Below the pieces are notes generated by a model. The model was given only the letters and a program-made list of their open reading frames with translations, was not told the DNA's origin and did no database searches. 64,000 nt of DNA from NCBI RefSeq assembly GCF_036971445.1, contig NW_027211801.1, positions 744,001 through 808,000 of the forward strand, in the 5' to 3' direction. The translations under genes were made by a program, and so were the position numbers. Below, in pieces: positions 1 through 11,479 of this stretch (position 1 is its first letter; every line of letters starts with the position of its first letter). The DNA is from Narcine bancroftii. Its lineage: Eukaryota.

Positions 1-1
1 C

Positions 2-2626
2 TTTCTGGGTATGTGGGGGGGGTAAGTCCATTAAGGGACGCATGCGGTCAGGATCTGGCATGACTATCCCGTTTTCCACCACACAACCTAGAATAGCGAG
101 TCGTGTGGTCCGGAAAACACACTTGTCCAAATTGTAAGTCAGGTTTAGCTGACGGGCAGTTTGAAGAAATTTGTCTAGGTTGGCGTCATGGTCCTGCATG
201 TCGTGGCCGCAGATGGTGATATTGTCCAGATACGGGAAGGTAGCGGTTAGCCCGTTCTGGTCCACCATCCTGTCCATTTCCCGCTGGAAGACCGCGACAC
301 CATTTGTGACCCCGAATGGTACCCTGAGAAATTGATATAGCCGCCCATTCGCTTCAAAGGCCGTGAATGGTCGGTCCTCGCAGCGGATCGGGAGCTGGTG
401 GTAGGCCGAACGTAGGTCAATAGTGGAGAAAATGCGGTACTGGGCAATCTGGTTCACCACATCCGTGATGCGTGGCAGGGGGTACGCATCCAGGAGTGTG
501 AAGCGGTTAATGGTCTGGCTATAGTCGACCACCATCCGTAGTTTTTCCCCATTCTTGACAACCACCACCTGGGCTCTCCAGGGGCTTGAACTGGGTTCGA
601 TGATGCCCTCATCCAGCAATCTATGCACCTCACTCCTAATGAATTGCCTGTTTTCGTAACTATATTGCCGACTTTTGGTGGCCACAGGCTTCCAGCCAGG
701 GGTGAGGTTTGCGAAGAGTGCTGGCGGGGCAATCCGGAGTGTGGAAAGGCCGCAGGATTGGCCCCGGGGCACGGGGGCGGGTTGCTCGGGTGCTTTGGGA
801 GTGGGGCGATGGCAGACCGAGAGGGGGGCGTGGGGTCCCCCAAAGTGTAGGGACACCGTTTGGAACTGACACTGGAAGTCTAATCCCAGCAACACTGGGG
901 CGCACAATTGGGGAAGGACGAATAATTTAAAGTGGGTGACCGTCACGCCCTGTACTTCCAGCGTGGCGATGCAATACCCCTTTATCCCAGTCGATTGCGA
1001 CCTCGTCGCTAATGAGATCCTCTGGGTAGTGGGGATAATGTCAAGTCCCCAATGGAGGGCCAGATCTGGCTGGATAAAACTGTCAGTTGACCCAGAGTCA
1101 AATAAGCAATTGGTGTAGTGTCCATGCACTTTAATCAGTTCCATTGCTCTGGTGAGCGGATGAGAGCATTGCTGGTTTAATGTTATTGAAGCAGTTGACA
1201 GGCGAGTTTTGCGCAATGACGTCTCGCAACGGGATGACGTCACGCAACGGGATGACGTAGTCAACGCTCGAGGAGCAGGTTGGAGAACCTCCCGGAAGTG
1301 CTGTTGTGGCGGGTGAATGGTAAGTAGTGGGGTTTGTAGTTGCTCGCGATCGGCGGACGGGCCCTGGCGGTCGTCAGCGATGGACGCTAGGGTGAGCACC
1401 TGGTTGGCCGCGGGGGTGGCTGCGGCGGCGGTAGCGTCGGCCCCGGGGGTGTCTGTGGCGGCGGCAGCAGCGGCGGTAGCAGCGGCGGTAGCGTCGGCCC
1501 CGGTGCTGTCCGTGGCGGCGGCAGCAGCGGCTGTAGCGTCGGCCCCGGAGGTGTCCGTGGCGGCGGCAGCAGCGGCGGTAGCGTCGGCCCCGGGGGTGTC
1601 CGTGGCGGCGGCGGCAGCAGCGGCGGTAGCGTCGGCCCCGGGGGTGGCTGTGGCGGCGGCAGCAGTGGCGGTAGTGTCAAGTGTTCTGCACGGGGGCGAG
1701 AGGCAGGCCATCACCATGGTTGCGACGGTGGGTTGCACCTTCCGGGTTCGGCGTCTCCGTGACGTCAGGCGTTGCCGTGCAGGGGAGCCCTCGCTCTCAT
1801 TGGACGAGAGCTCTGGGGAAGAAGAGTTTGAATGGGATAGTGGCGGTTGAGCTTCACACGAGGCACTGTGTTTGCTGGCGGCCATTTTAGACCTACAGAC
1901 TGCAGCAAAGTGGCCGTTTTTAAGGCACTTCTGGCACCTGGCTTTTCTTGCTGGGCACTGGGATCTGCTGTGCTTGTCCCTCCCGCAGAAATAACATTTC
2001 GGGTTCGCACGGGGCAGGGTAGCAGCAGCCGACAGGCCGTCAGGGGTAGGGTAGAAGGGCACTCTACTCACATCAGAACGAGGGGTCCAGTCCCTAGAGA
2101 GCTCGGTGGACTTTAAGGCTGCATCCTCCATTGTGATTGCAATCCGGGCCACGTCCTCTAGTTTTTCTACCCCTTGTTCGAGCAAACGCAGCCTCACTTC
2201 GTTCGATCGGAGCCCGGCCACATAGGCATCCCGGACGAGGTCGCTAGTGATCTCGGCAGCAGTTTTGTCCACACAGTTACAGTCCTTGCCCAATGCCTTT
2301 AATACTTGTAAATATGCCCTGCTGGACTCGCCGGGCTGTTGCTTCCTCGACGCAAGCATGAGCCGGGCATGAACTCTGTTCACCGGTTGATCATACAGTT
2401 CCTTCAGTACCTTTATGGCTGCGGTGTAAGTGGTCTCATCCTGGATGTTCTCGTAGACTCTCAAGGACACCATAGACAGCAATGCTGTTAGACGCTGGTT
2501 ATCCTCCTCTACCTGAATGAATCTCAGGAAGTTTTCAAAGTTCAGCAGCCAGAACTTAAAGGCTTTGAAGGCTGTAGCTGACTGTGGGTCGATATCAAGT
2601 TTTTCTGGCCGAGTTAAACGCTCCAT
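2..2626 (-). CDS. Gypsy Gag-Pol polyprotein (partial; runs off the left edge)
   Basis: ATG at 2626 gives MERLTRPEKLDIDP...; two knuckles CYFCGRDKHSRSQC and CQKCLKNGHFAAVC; protease CLFDSGSTDS at ~1085-1110; RT FPYLDNITI at ~212-238 is in the same frame as the ATG. No ORF-track entry ends in this frame, consistent with an uninterrupted ORF. Confidence 0.88.
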   Translation of the reverse strand, partial: MERLTRPEKLDIDPQSATAFKAFKFWLLNFENFLRFIQVEEDNQRLTALLSMVSLRVYENIQDETTYTAAIKVLKELYDQPVNRVHARLMLASRKQQPGESSRAYLQVLKALGKDCNCVDKTAAEITSDLVRDAYVAGLRSNEVRLRLLEQGVEKLEDVARIAITMEDAALKSTELSRDWTPRSDVSRVPFYPTPDGLSAAATLPRANPKCYFCGRDKHSRSQCPARKARCQKCLKNGHFAAVCRSKMAASKHSASCEAQPPLSHSNSSSPELSSNESEGSPARQRLTSRRRRTRKVQPTVATMVMACLSPPCRTLDTTATAAAATATPGADATAAAAAAATDTPGADATAAAAAATDTSGADATAAAAAATDSTGADATAAATAAAAAATDTPGADATAAAATPAANQVLTLASIADDRQGPSADREQLQTPLLTIHPPQQHFREVLQPAPRALTTSSRCVTSSRCETSLRKTRLSTASITLNQQCSHPLTRAMELIKVHGHYTNCLFDSGSTDSFIQPDLALHWGLDIIPTTQRISLATRSQSTGIKGYCIATLEVQGVTVTHFKLFVLPQLCAPVLLGLDFQCQFQTVSLHFGGPHAPLSVCHRPTPKAPEQPAPVPRGQSCGLSTLRIAPPALFANLTPGWKPVATKSRQYSYENRQFIRSEVHRLLDEGIIEPSSSPWRAQVVVVKNGEKLRMVVDYSQTINRFTLLDAYPLPRITDVVNQIAQYRIFSTIDLRSAYHQLPIRCEDRPFTAFEANGRLYQFLRVPFGVTNGVAVFQREMDRMVDQNGLTATFPYLDNITICGHDMQDHDANLDKFLQTARQLNLTYNLDKCVFRTTRLAILGCVVENGIVMPDPDRMRPLMDLPPPHTQK
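1405..1675 (-). repeat. In-frame ~39-42 bp GC-rich tandem repeat inside gag-pol encoding (TAAAAATDTPGADA)n
   Basis: Repeated gcggtagcgtcggccccgggggtgtccgtggcggcggcagca units. Confidence 0.9.
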
Positions 2627-2660
2627 CCCTTTCAAAAAAAATTCTTTTTGCTAATAAAAT

Positions 2661-2900
2661 TGTAGAGCTCGTCGAAAGAACCAAAGACTTGTTGATCCAA
2701 ACCAAGGCTTTTATTAGCAAAAGACCGGAGCTCTTCACAGGTGGCCGACCAGTCCGGAATGATCCGACCTGGCTAGGGACACAACCCTTTAAGGCCCAAA
2801 CAATAGGTGTGGCTTAGCTCTCAGCCAATCGCTGTAAGCACAGTCTAGATACAGTAACTATATACACTATGTACATTGGTGATAGATCTGTACTATCACA
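2661..2900 (-). repeat. 5' LTR (240 bp) of the Gypsy element
   Basis: Begins TGT and ends ACA; element-sense AATAAA at ~2710-2715; TATA-like CTTAAA at ~2788-2793. Confidence 0.9.
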
Positions 2901-5387
2901 ACGACACAGTGATCATTCGGCGATGGGACGGGGAGAGGGCGAGAACATTTATATCCGGAGAGTAACCATGTGGAAGATTCTTTCCTGAGCCAAACACGTG
3001 AATGTCATTGTCACCAAAGCACATCAGCCACGTTTGAAATGATCTCGGGAAATGTTCGACTCTAAAGGGCGACGTGTGTTTCTGGGCTGCATGAAGCCCT
3101 TCCCCTGGGGCTCTGTTCCCTCTGAGCGCCACCCCTGCCCAATGTTCTCCTACCACAGCGGAGGCTAAACTCTGCACACATTGATGGAATCGACTTCATC
3201 CGGGGGCCGTCGAGGAACAGCGGCGATAACCGAGGATCCGCCCCACCCAGTCGGGCTCTGCTGCCATGAAGCGAGACGTGTCGGTGCCCAAGATTCGTTT
3301 CCCCCCTCCCCCCACTATGTTCAGCAACAGTTGCCGCCTCTCCGGCTCCAGACTCCTCACCCGCCAAACTCAATCTGAGATCAACTCTTCCTTGTCTTCG
3401 TCTTCTTGGATTTTGAATATATATAATCTCTGTTGGACAGTTTGTTGTCCATTCATTCTTTCTTTTTTCTCTTTTGTTATTGTATCCTTTGTGCAACACA
3501 GGTTTGATAGGATCGTGATCAGTAGAAACTCTGCCTGGTCCGCGGGAAAGGGAATGGAAAGGTTGTGCGCGATGCCATGGATGCAGTCTGACCATCAACC
3601 TCATCTTTCACCTTGTACGTGGATCTATTCCTTTCCTAATATCATCAATCTGGATTATCCCTGTGCTTGGGATTTGTCGTTATCGTCAAAATAATCCAGT
3701 TTGGTCAATCTCTCATCGATCTATTTATCTATCTATTCATTGATTTATATTTGTAATTATTCAGATTACAAATTTGACACAAATAACCCAATCAACCTGC
3801 AAGGGCTCGTTGAATTGAAGAGAGGGTTGAACCCGGATCCCCGTAGACGAACGGCCAGGCGGAGAGGGACAGACAGGGTGGGATGGGATCCGGCTGGGAT
3901 GAGCGGGGATCGTGTTGCGTTCACTATTCCACTCACTGGGCCACTGAACTACATTCAGAGTTCGAATGATTAACTCTGTTCGGGGCCTTAAGAGCCACAA
4001 CTGCGAACGTTTCACAAGAAAACTCTTGCCAGTCAACGGAAGTCACTGAAGTGAAGTAAAATCCAACACGGTTTGGGATTTTCCCCCTCTCTGGAGCGGA
4101 TATTGGGGAAGGTCAGCGGAACGATTGCCTGTCTTGGGGACGGTCACTGGTTCTAAGTGGAACGTGTTGGAAAGTAGAAGGAGCAGTGGACAGTCCGACT
4201 GACAAGTCTGCAGGGAACACCCGCAGGGCTCCTGCTTGCCATTGGCTCCCCTGTCCTCCCATCAGTTGAACTTCCAGGTACATTATTGAAGTAGTTAACC
4301 GGAACATTTTCTGGTATCCTTTTGGCCCTGCTACTGCAGTGTTCAGTGCCCATCCTCGTCGATGACCTGCAATCCTGGTAGTTGGAGGAGTTCCAAATGG
4401 ACCAAATGGGAAATTACATTCAGAAATTGAACATTTTAAATCCTGGAAGAATCGTAGCCTTCCGACAGCCGACCGCGGTGGGGAGACATCAGTGGGTTGG
4501 TTCTCACACAGCAGAGTCTGGGAATCCGGGATGGCTTGGCAGGGGTAGTGATGGATGCTCGAGCAACACCCGTCTTAGACAGGGACACGGATGAGAGGGG
4601 AAAATAGAGGGTTCTGAGTTTGGGAGATGGACGCCGTTCTCCACAGGTTGGAGCAGCGTCAGGGGCCGGAGTTGATCGACTGTGTTCGCTGTTCCATGCT
4701 CCGTCCGGACATCTGCCACCTTCACTTCTGCCCTCTGGGCTCCCAACCCACGTTTGTCCGCCTTCACCACAATATCACACCTCAAATGCTTGGCTCGATG
4801 AAGGGATAAAACGGTGCATCTAATTCCCCAGTTCGGCATGTTAAATGGGTGAGGGTATTTCCACTTGTTGGAAGACCTTCTTCACCAAGAGGTGACTCAT
4901 TAACGACGGGCGCTTCCGAAATGCAGAGTCCAATGCTCCTCTTTCATGTTGCGATGATCCTACTTTTGTTCTGTGTCGAGAGCAAGTCGGGTTATCAAAT
5001 CCCAGCCCTTAATTCCAGAGTGATCCGCTCAATGATTGGAGGCAGGCTCCGTTCCTGATCCCGGGCTGGACTTCTTGGTGCCTTCCGGGATGGATGATTC
5101 CATCCCTTTCCATTGAACTCAGTGGGGAAGGGTCCTCTCCGCATTTCAGCCGGATTAGTCCCGTTTCTGCCGTGGGGAGAGAGTGGAGCATGCAGGTCAA
5201 GTCATGAAACAGCCGGACACTTGACACATAGCCTGGATGTTTAACCTATCGGGGGGTTATTGGGCTGTAAATTCTGCGGCGCAGCCTCGGGGATCCAAAT
5301 CTCCTGTCTGCATTTTGAGAAACGTTCCCATTCTACACTCCCCTCCGTTTTCGGTCCAGGATTGACGATTTGTCCATTCTTTCTCAG

Positions 5388-6364
5388 CTTATTGGGCAGG
5401 ACTTGCCATCCTGCTTCGAGGAAGGGGCGGCTTTTCCAAGGGCATCCCCTCCTCTCTGGGAGGCGGTGGCTGGGACAAATCTGTGGGACATCATCACGGC
5501 TGCCCCATGGAACCGAACTGGCCATCTAGATTCCCTATGGAGCATTTTTTCCAAGGGCATCCCTTCCATTCTGTGGGGCGGTGGCTGGGACAGATCTGTG
5601 GGACATCATCACGGCTGCCCCATGGAACCGAACTAGCCATCTAGATTCCCCATGGAGCATTCTTTCCAGAACCCCAGTTTGCAAGGTGAGAGTCGGACTG
5701 ATTTATGCCGCCTGGGGAACTGTGATCTTCACCTTTCACGAATATATCGCAATGAGTTGCCAAAAGCTGAGCACGACATATTGCACAGCGACAGGGGTGG
5801 CGCCTGGAACCGGGATCGTTGGCGCTGGGAGCTGTGCGACGGCACTTTTCTGACCAGCCTTCCTGTATAGTCCATGCTGAGCCTTGCCTCTGCGAAGACA
5901 CATTCATTCTCATCCCCTCTCCTGCAATGGGCTGCAGACGAGTGGATTCACCGCCCCCTCACCCCGGGACTCCCCTTCAACCTGATCCGACTGTCGAAGG
6001 CGCTCACGGTCAGAGAGCCATCCTGTCGGCGAATAGAACTGGAAGAAGATGATGGTGCAGGGGAATCGGAGCCAGTCAACCTGCTGCCCAGATGGGAAGC
6101 CGCAGAAAATCCATCATTGGGCTGGTGCTCATATCCTGCTGTTTCACGTTGCCGTAGATATTGATTTTTTTTTATCAAGATCATTTATCTTTCAACGAAG
6201 AAAACGCCATATTTCTCGGGAACTGCTTTCAATTCGGCAGAATTTATTCTGGAGGCCGCGCTGCAGCTTCTGAGTTCCTGCATAAACCCACTCATTTGTG
6301 GTGTTGGACCCCAGAGGGGCAATGGAAAATTGCGAGGAAATATCAATTGAAGCGATTTGTTTGA
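5388..6364 (+). pseudogene. GPR139-like rhodopsin-family GPCR pseudogene, main coding exon
   Basis: Acceptor ttctttctcag at 5377-5387, then AILLRGRGGFSKGI (TM1/ICL1), AGTDLWDIITA (TM2), TPVC...TVIFTFHEYIAMSCQKLSTTYCT (TM3), EWIHRPLTPGLPFNLIRLSKALTVR (TM5), RRKSIIGLVLISCCF (TM6), LQLLSSCINPLICGV (TM7). Colinear with the recalled elasmobranch GPR139-like family; frameshifts, stops and an internal duplication. Confidence 0.8.
5432..5669. repeat. ~115 bp tandem duplication (about 2 copies) inside the GPCR pseudogene
   Basis: ttttccaagggcatccc...ggctgccccatggaaccgaact...atggagcatt starts at 5432 and again at 5547. Confidence 0.9.
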
Positions 6365-7246
6365 TGGCCTGTATCGGGCTGAATTTAGAGACGTCCCAGG
6401 AGGGATAATAGAGTTTTGGACGGATGCTGTCCCGTTCCCAGACCTTGTAAGTCCAGATCGCTCTGATCGCTGAGCTCCGATTTCATTGCTCTGCGGTTGA
6501 GGAGGTCAAGTGAAAAACGGAGCCGAGTGTCCTCGGCAGAGGGGAGCTGATATAAGGATCACTGATCGTGCAACCAGTCCGTCAACTTCTGAGTATGAAT
6601 TAACTTTCAGTCCAGAGAATGCAACATGTCGCATTCGCCCAACTGAGGGGATGTGGTGGAAATGCATTTAAGTAATTACTTCTGCCGATGAGGTCTCCAT
6701 GTAAACACCCGAAAACAATAAGAAAGGAACAGTTAAAAGATGTCAGTATTCATATTTCCAAGAATGTGAGTCCTGATTTGGGTAAGGGGGTGGTGGGGGG
6801 GGGGGGGTGGGGAGAGGGGACAAATGGTACTGTCGGGTAGGGAGGGGCATTTCATACAGAGGAAACTCCGCGCTGAGCAGCGCTCGGGGGCAGGGATATG
6901 TGTTGCCGATAGACGGTGGCTGGATTCGTGTTCCAACCTCTGCCGCCCTTTTCAAACCTCCACAGTCTCTTGCATTTTGGAAAAGGCTGTCCTGCTGGAT
7001 TCTGAGATGGAATGGCAGACACCGCCTCAATTTGGGAATATGTTCACGTTCCTTAACCAAGTAGTGATTTAATGAATGGGAGTCATTCACTCCCTCTCCC
7101 ACCATCTCTCTCTCCCTCCCTCCATGTATGTGTATATATGAAAATACAGTATATGTACCTAGATATACATATATATGTATATCCGCTTTTTCATTCCCCC
7201 TCTCTCGCTCTTTCTGCTGCCTATCTCTATCACCATGTCTATCATC

Positions 7247-7388
7247 NNNNNNNNNNNNNNNNNNNNNNNNNNNNNNNNNNNNNNNNNNNNNNNNNNNNNN
7301 NNNNNNNNNNNNNNNNNNNNNNNNNNNNNNNNNNNNNNNNNNNNNNNNNNNNNNNNNNNNNNNNNNNNNNNNNNNNNNNNNNNNNNNN
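7247..7388. other. Assembly gap (N run)
   Basis: 142 consecutive N. Confidence 1.
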
Positions 7389-8020
7389 GGAGGGATGGCA
7401 GTTAAGGTATGTGGAATCTAACACATTACAGTCAAATCGATACATCGATCCTCTAATTAGATACTCCAAGTAGATGCCCATATTTTTGTCTAGTTATCCA
7501 AATCAACTTCCATGTATTCAAAATATAATCTTTTATATATTGTCTTTTTAATGTATGTCTGAATGACACAAACATGAATATAATATCTGTTTCAAAAAAA
7601 ATCCCTCTGGAACATCATTCTGTACTTCTATAATGTTTGTAATACCTGTTGTTCAAACCTATTGAAAACCCTTTATCTTACCTTGGAGCGATATAATTTG
7701 ATGTTAGTGTCTCTCCAAATAGAAAAATTACATATGAAACACCTATCACCATCGCTCTAAGCATCAGAGAAATGACCAGCCCATCCCGTCCACTTGGTAA
7801 AAACGACGTAGTCCAATCTGGGCCATTACGAATTTCTGCCACAGGCTTCCAACTGTCAGCCACCATTTCCAACAATACAAGTTGTGGCAAAATAGCAACG
7901 AGTTCATGGGTTAATTGTAATATCGCCTCATTTTCTTTTATAGAACCTAATCCATATGCCTTCATGTATTTTGGCGACAGTAAGTCACTATCTAATAATT
8001 CAAATGATTCAGTGCAATAC
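7389..8020 (-). pseudogene. Unidentified AT-rich intronless coding relic (candidate endogenous viral or retrocopied fragment)
   Basis: About 115 stop-free codons (YCTESFELLDSDLLSPKYMKAYGLGSIKENEAILQLTHELVAILPQLVLLEMVADSWKPV...), continuing in broken frames to the gap; Ser-rich antisense shadow ORF on +. Confidence 0.35.
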
Positions 8021-10045
8021 ATCTCCACCTCCCCCTCTACCTCCCCCACCTCCAACTCTCCCCCTGCCTTCCCAGAACTCATCACAACCTTTGACCTCCA
8101 CAACTCTCGTCCTACCTCATTCAACCCGCCCCCAACCCTCCGGCTCCCCCGGACCGCGCAACTTTCCATCTCCACCTTCTGACCTCCCTCGCCATCCATC
8201 AGCCCATAACACCCTCCACCCCACTGATTCCCACTCTGACCCCTGCTTGGTCTTTACGATCCCCTCTGTTCTTTGAGAATGAGAGCTCGTTCTTCAGAAG
8301 AGTCCTTATTGTCCTACCCCCTTATGATGCATAATTCTTCTCCCATCGCCTCCTTCTATGGCCCTACCTCCATGACCGTGAACTTCCACCCCTCACCCAA
8401 GACACTTTCTGCTAGCATGTCCTCCTGGACATCTGTCTGAGCCAACGTCCCACTCTGGATTTTTTTCTTTAATTTCCAACTATCACCAAGACGTCAATTG
8501 TCTCAAGTTCCCCACTCCCCTCTCGTATTCTGTATTCTGATCTTATTTCCTCCGAACGACCTTGCCTCCATTTTCTTTGAAACAACTCCAACCTCACCAA
8601 CAAACCCGCAGGCAAAGGTGGAGCAGTTGAGGTCTGGCGCTCTGATCTTTCCAACCCCATCTCCAACTTCATCATCTCTGGTCAAATTCTTCCCAGGGCT
8701 ACAAACCTCATTGTCTCCCATCCCTTCACCGCTGGTTTCTATCTTCTATCCAAGATACACAAACTGAACCATCCGTGTAAACCCATTGTTTCCGTTTGCT
8801 CTTACCCCACCGAACTAGGTTCATGTTATTGTGACTCCATCTTTTCTCCCCAAGTCCTATTTCTCCCCATCTACATCCGCGATATCTCATATTCCCTCCA
8901 TCTCTTCAGTGACTTCAGATTCCACAAACTGGACCTCCTCCAAATATAGGATGTCCAAACCTTTTATACCCCTCTCTCCCATACAGAAGGTCTTAAATAA
9001 CCGCATCTTTCTAAAGCAGACACCGGACCAGACACCCCCTACCACCGCCCACCTCCCCCTGGCAGAACTTGTCCTCACTTTAAATAACTTCTCCTTCAAC
9101 TCGGCTCACTTTCTCTAAACCAAAGGAGGAGCCATGGGTATCCGGATGGGTACCGAATACACCTACATTTGGTGGGCTTTGTGTAGCCACCCATGTTGAA
9201 ACCCTACTCAGTAAAGAGCCCTCAACTCTTCCTCCATTATAGGATTGACTAAATGGAGGGGGACTCATGCACCACGATGAGTTTGTCCACTTCATCCATT
9301 TCCCTGTCAACTTCCACCCTGATCTCAAATTCACTTGGTCCATCTACAACCCTCTCCTCTTTCTGGATCTGTCTTTCTCCATCTCGGGAAACACATTTTA
9401 CACCATCAGATTTTACAAACCCAATAACTCTCACAAATACCTTGACGACACTTCCTCGCACCCTGTCCCCTGCAAGGATTCTATTCCTTTCTCTCAATTT
9501 CTCCCGCATCTGTTCCCAAGATTAAATCTTCCAGTCCAGATCTTCCGAAATGTCTGTCACAAACGTGGCTTCCCCTCCATCGCCATCAACTCAGTCTTCA
9601 CCCGCGTCTCCTCCATTTCCCGCTCATCACGCCTGACCCTCTCTGGCCCAAGACGCAACAAACACAGAATCACTCTTGCCCACCAACCACACCATCCGAG
9701 CACATTATCCTCCAGAATTTCCGGAACTTGCAGCAGGATCCTACCCCCAGATCCCCTCTCCTTCCCTCTGTTCCTTGCGTAGGGATTATTCCCTTCGTAC
9801 CTCCCCCAAGCCCTCATCCTTCCCCACGAATCGATCCCTGAACACTTCCCCTCTGGCTGCAGGAGCTGACACCCTTATGCCTACCCCTCTTCGCTCACCA
9901 CAGTCTGGGGCCCAGAACAGGCCTGTCAATGTAACAATACTTCGCTTGTGTATCCACAGGATTCTCCTGCTGCTTCTACATCAGGAAGACTGGGCTCAGA
10001 TTGGGAGATCATTTCGCTGAGCACCTTCGCTCCTTCCGCAAACCA
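8020..10045 (+). mobile_element. Degenerate Penelope-like retroelement (RT and GIY-YIG remnants)
   Basis: LAELVLTLNNFSFNSAHFL, GGAMG, FHPDLKFTWSI, YKPNNSHKYLDDTSSHPVPCKDSIPFSQF; YIRKTGLRLGDHFAEH near 9980-10025. Confidence 0.85.
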
Positions 10046-10417
10046 TGAGCTTTTGTACTTTTTTTACTAACCGAATGAATGAGATCGAGAAGGTTTCAGA
10101 TGTGAATGAATGGAGATGTGTTTTCAACAGTGGATAATCCAGCCGCCGTGGCTTCACCGGGATCAAAACTTTAATCGGTTCTGAAAAGAGCTAACACCCA
10201 ATTTCATTCCTGGTTCCCCAGCAGGGAAATGAATAAAAAAAATGTAGATTACACTTCCCAGCCTCTAAATATTTCTGTCTCATAATATGTCATCTTCCAA
10301 GAAAGGTAAGCCTCGATATTCCGTCTGGTGGGGGGGGGGGGGGGGCGGGGGCTTGGCGTGATGGAGTCGGAGGGAGACGTGGGTGGTCTTCTCTCTCGAC
10401 AGATATTTATAAAAAAA

Positions 10418-10525
10418 CCCATTTACCTTCACTCCCGGTGCATTTTAACCAGTGGAAGGAAACAGCCCCTCAGCCCCCGGAGAAAACCCCACGCAGACAT
10501 GAGAAGGACGTACAAACTACATACG
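10418..10525 (-). mobile_element. V-SINE (HE1-like) fragment
   Basis: Reverse complement reads gtttgtacgtccttctcatgtctgcgtggggttttctccggggg, a V-domain that matches the SINE at 26101. Confidence 0.6.
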
Positions 10526-11479
10526 TTGAAAATGTATTGCAGGAATCGCTGCACCGACCGAACCGCCCACTCTGCCGAACGATGGCCTTTTTTGCAGGTT
10601 GCTGTGACTCTCCAGTGCATTCACGCCCAAATTCCCTGCATGTGGTCTCATTGGCGATTTGTTCCAGTGCGCATTTCCCGAGTGATGTCTGCATCCTGCA
10701 GCCGGCGACTCGATGCTCATGAATCTATTCACGTCTCCCCCAGGTCCAGTGGTTCCACGGCATTTGGGTGGTGGAAGGTGCCAACTCTTCATCTCGTAGA
10801 TCCTGGCCAGTGTTAATACCATCTGCACGATCTGACACTCTTTGAGGCATATTTCACGTAATGTAATTCCAGATAAGGGATTCACCCTCCATTCTATCAC
10901 AATTTGGGGCTGCGTCTGAAAACCGATGAACAAAATGTCGTTCATATTCAATCTCAGAGAACGAGGGAATCGGCTGGAATCTTGCGCACACTGGGAATCC
11001 GCGGCATCCATGAGCAGAAAGTGTTCATCAACCCTTCTGGCCACGGCTGCTCCCTTCCATGTCGAAGGCGCTCAAGGTGTCAGCGATGGTTGGACGGGTG
11101 ACCCGAGTCCCTGAAACACCGCCGGGTTCTGCACAGGGATCATTCCGAGTTTCTGAATACAGTGGGACATAATTGCATCAAGCACGGAACATGGAAAGAA
11201 TTTACATTGACACAGACAACACGGTAACAGGTCATTTCGAATCGCTGGTCGGTGCCACCCAATTTACCCTCAATTAACTCGAACTGGGTGAGGAAAGCAG
11301 AGGCCGGGGGGAAAATCCACGCAGACGAGGGGAGGACGGACAAATTCCTTCCTGACTCCACGTGATTCCAATCCTGTTCCTGATAGCTGGGCTGTGAATA
11401 CGTTGCGCCAAATGCTACGCCAAACGGGCAATACTGTCCTGGCTTGTCTGCTCATGAAGGAACCTGTTCCACAATCAAT

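Larger units (their letters stand above)
1..2900 (-). mobile_element. Young Ty3/Gypsy LTR retrotransposon, 5' half (5' LTR, gag, protease, RT), truncated by the window edge
   Basis: TG...CA LTR at 2661-2900, followed on the minus strand by one long gag-pol frame with zinc knuckles, protease and RT motifs. Confidence 0.95.

Noticed and set aside
1317-1850. 177-aa Ala/Val-rich ORF on + resembling an antifreeze or elastin-like protein
   Set aside because: It is the antisense shadow of the in-frame repeat in Gypsy gag-pol.
3062-3700. Coding-looking stretch on both strands (180-aa and 142-aa ORFs)
   Set aside because: No recognisable motif, splice structure or consistent frame.
7072-7481. ORFs spanning the N run
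   Set aside because: Artefacts of the assembly gap.
10517-11360. Possible second GPR139-like relic on the minus strand (TLSAFD...QK, EWRVNPLS..., NRFMSI), plus a 15-bp match tgtcgaaggcgctca shared with ~5992
   Set aside because: Similarity is too weak to support by eye; worth a frameshift-aware tBLASTn but not called.
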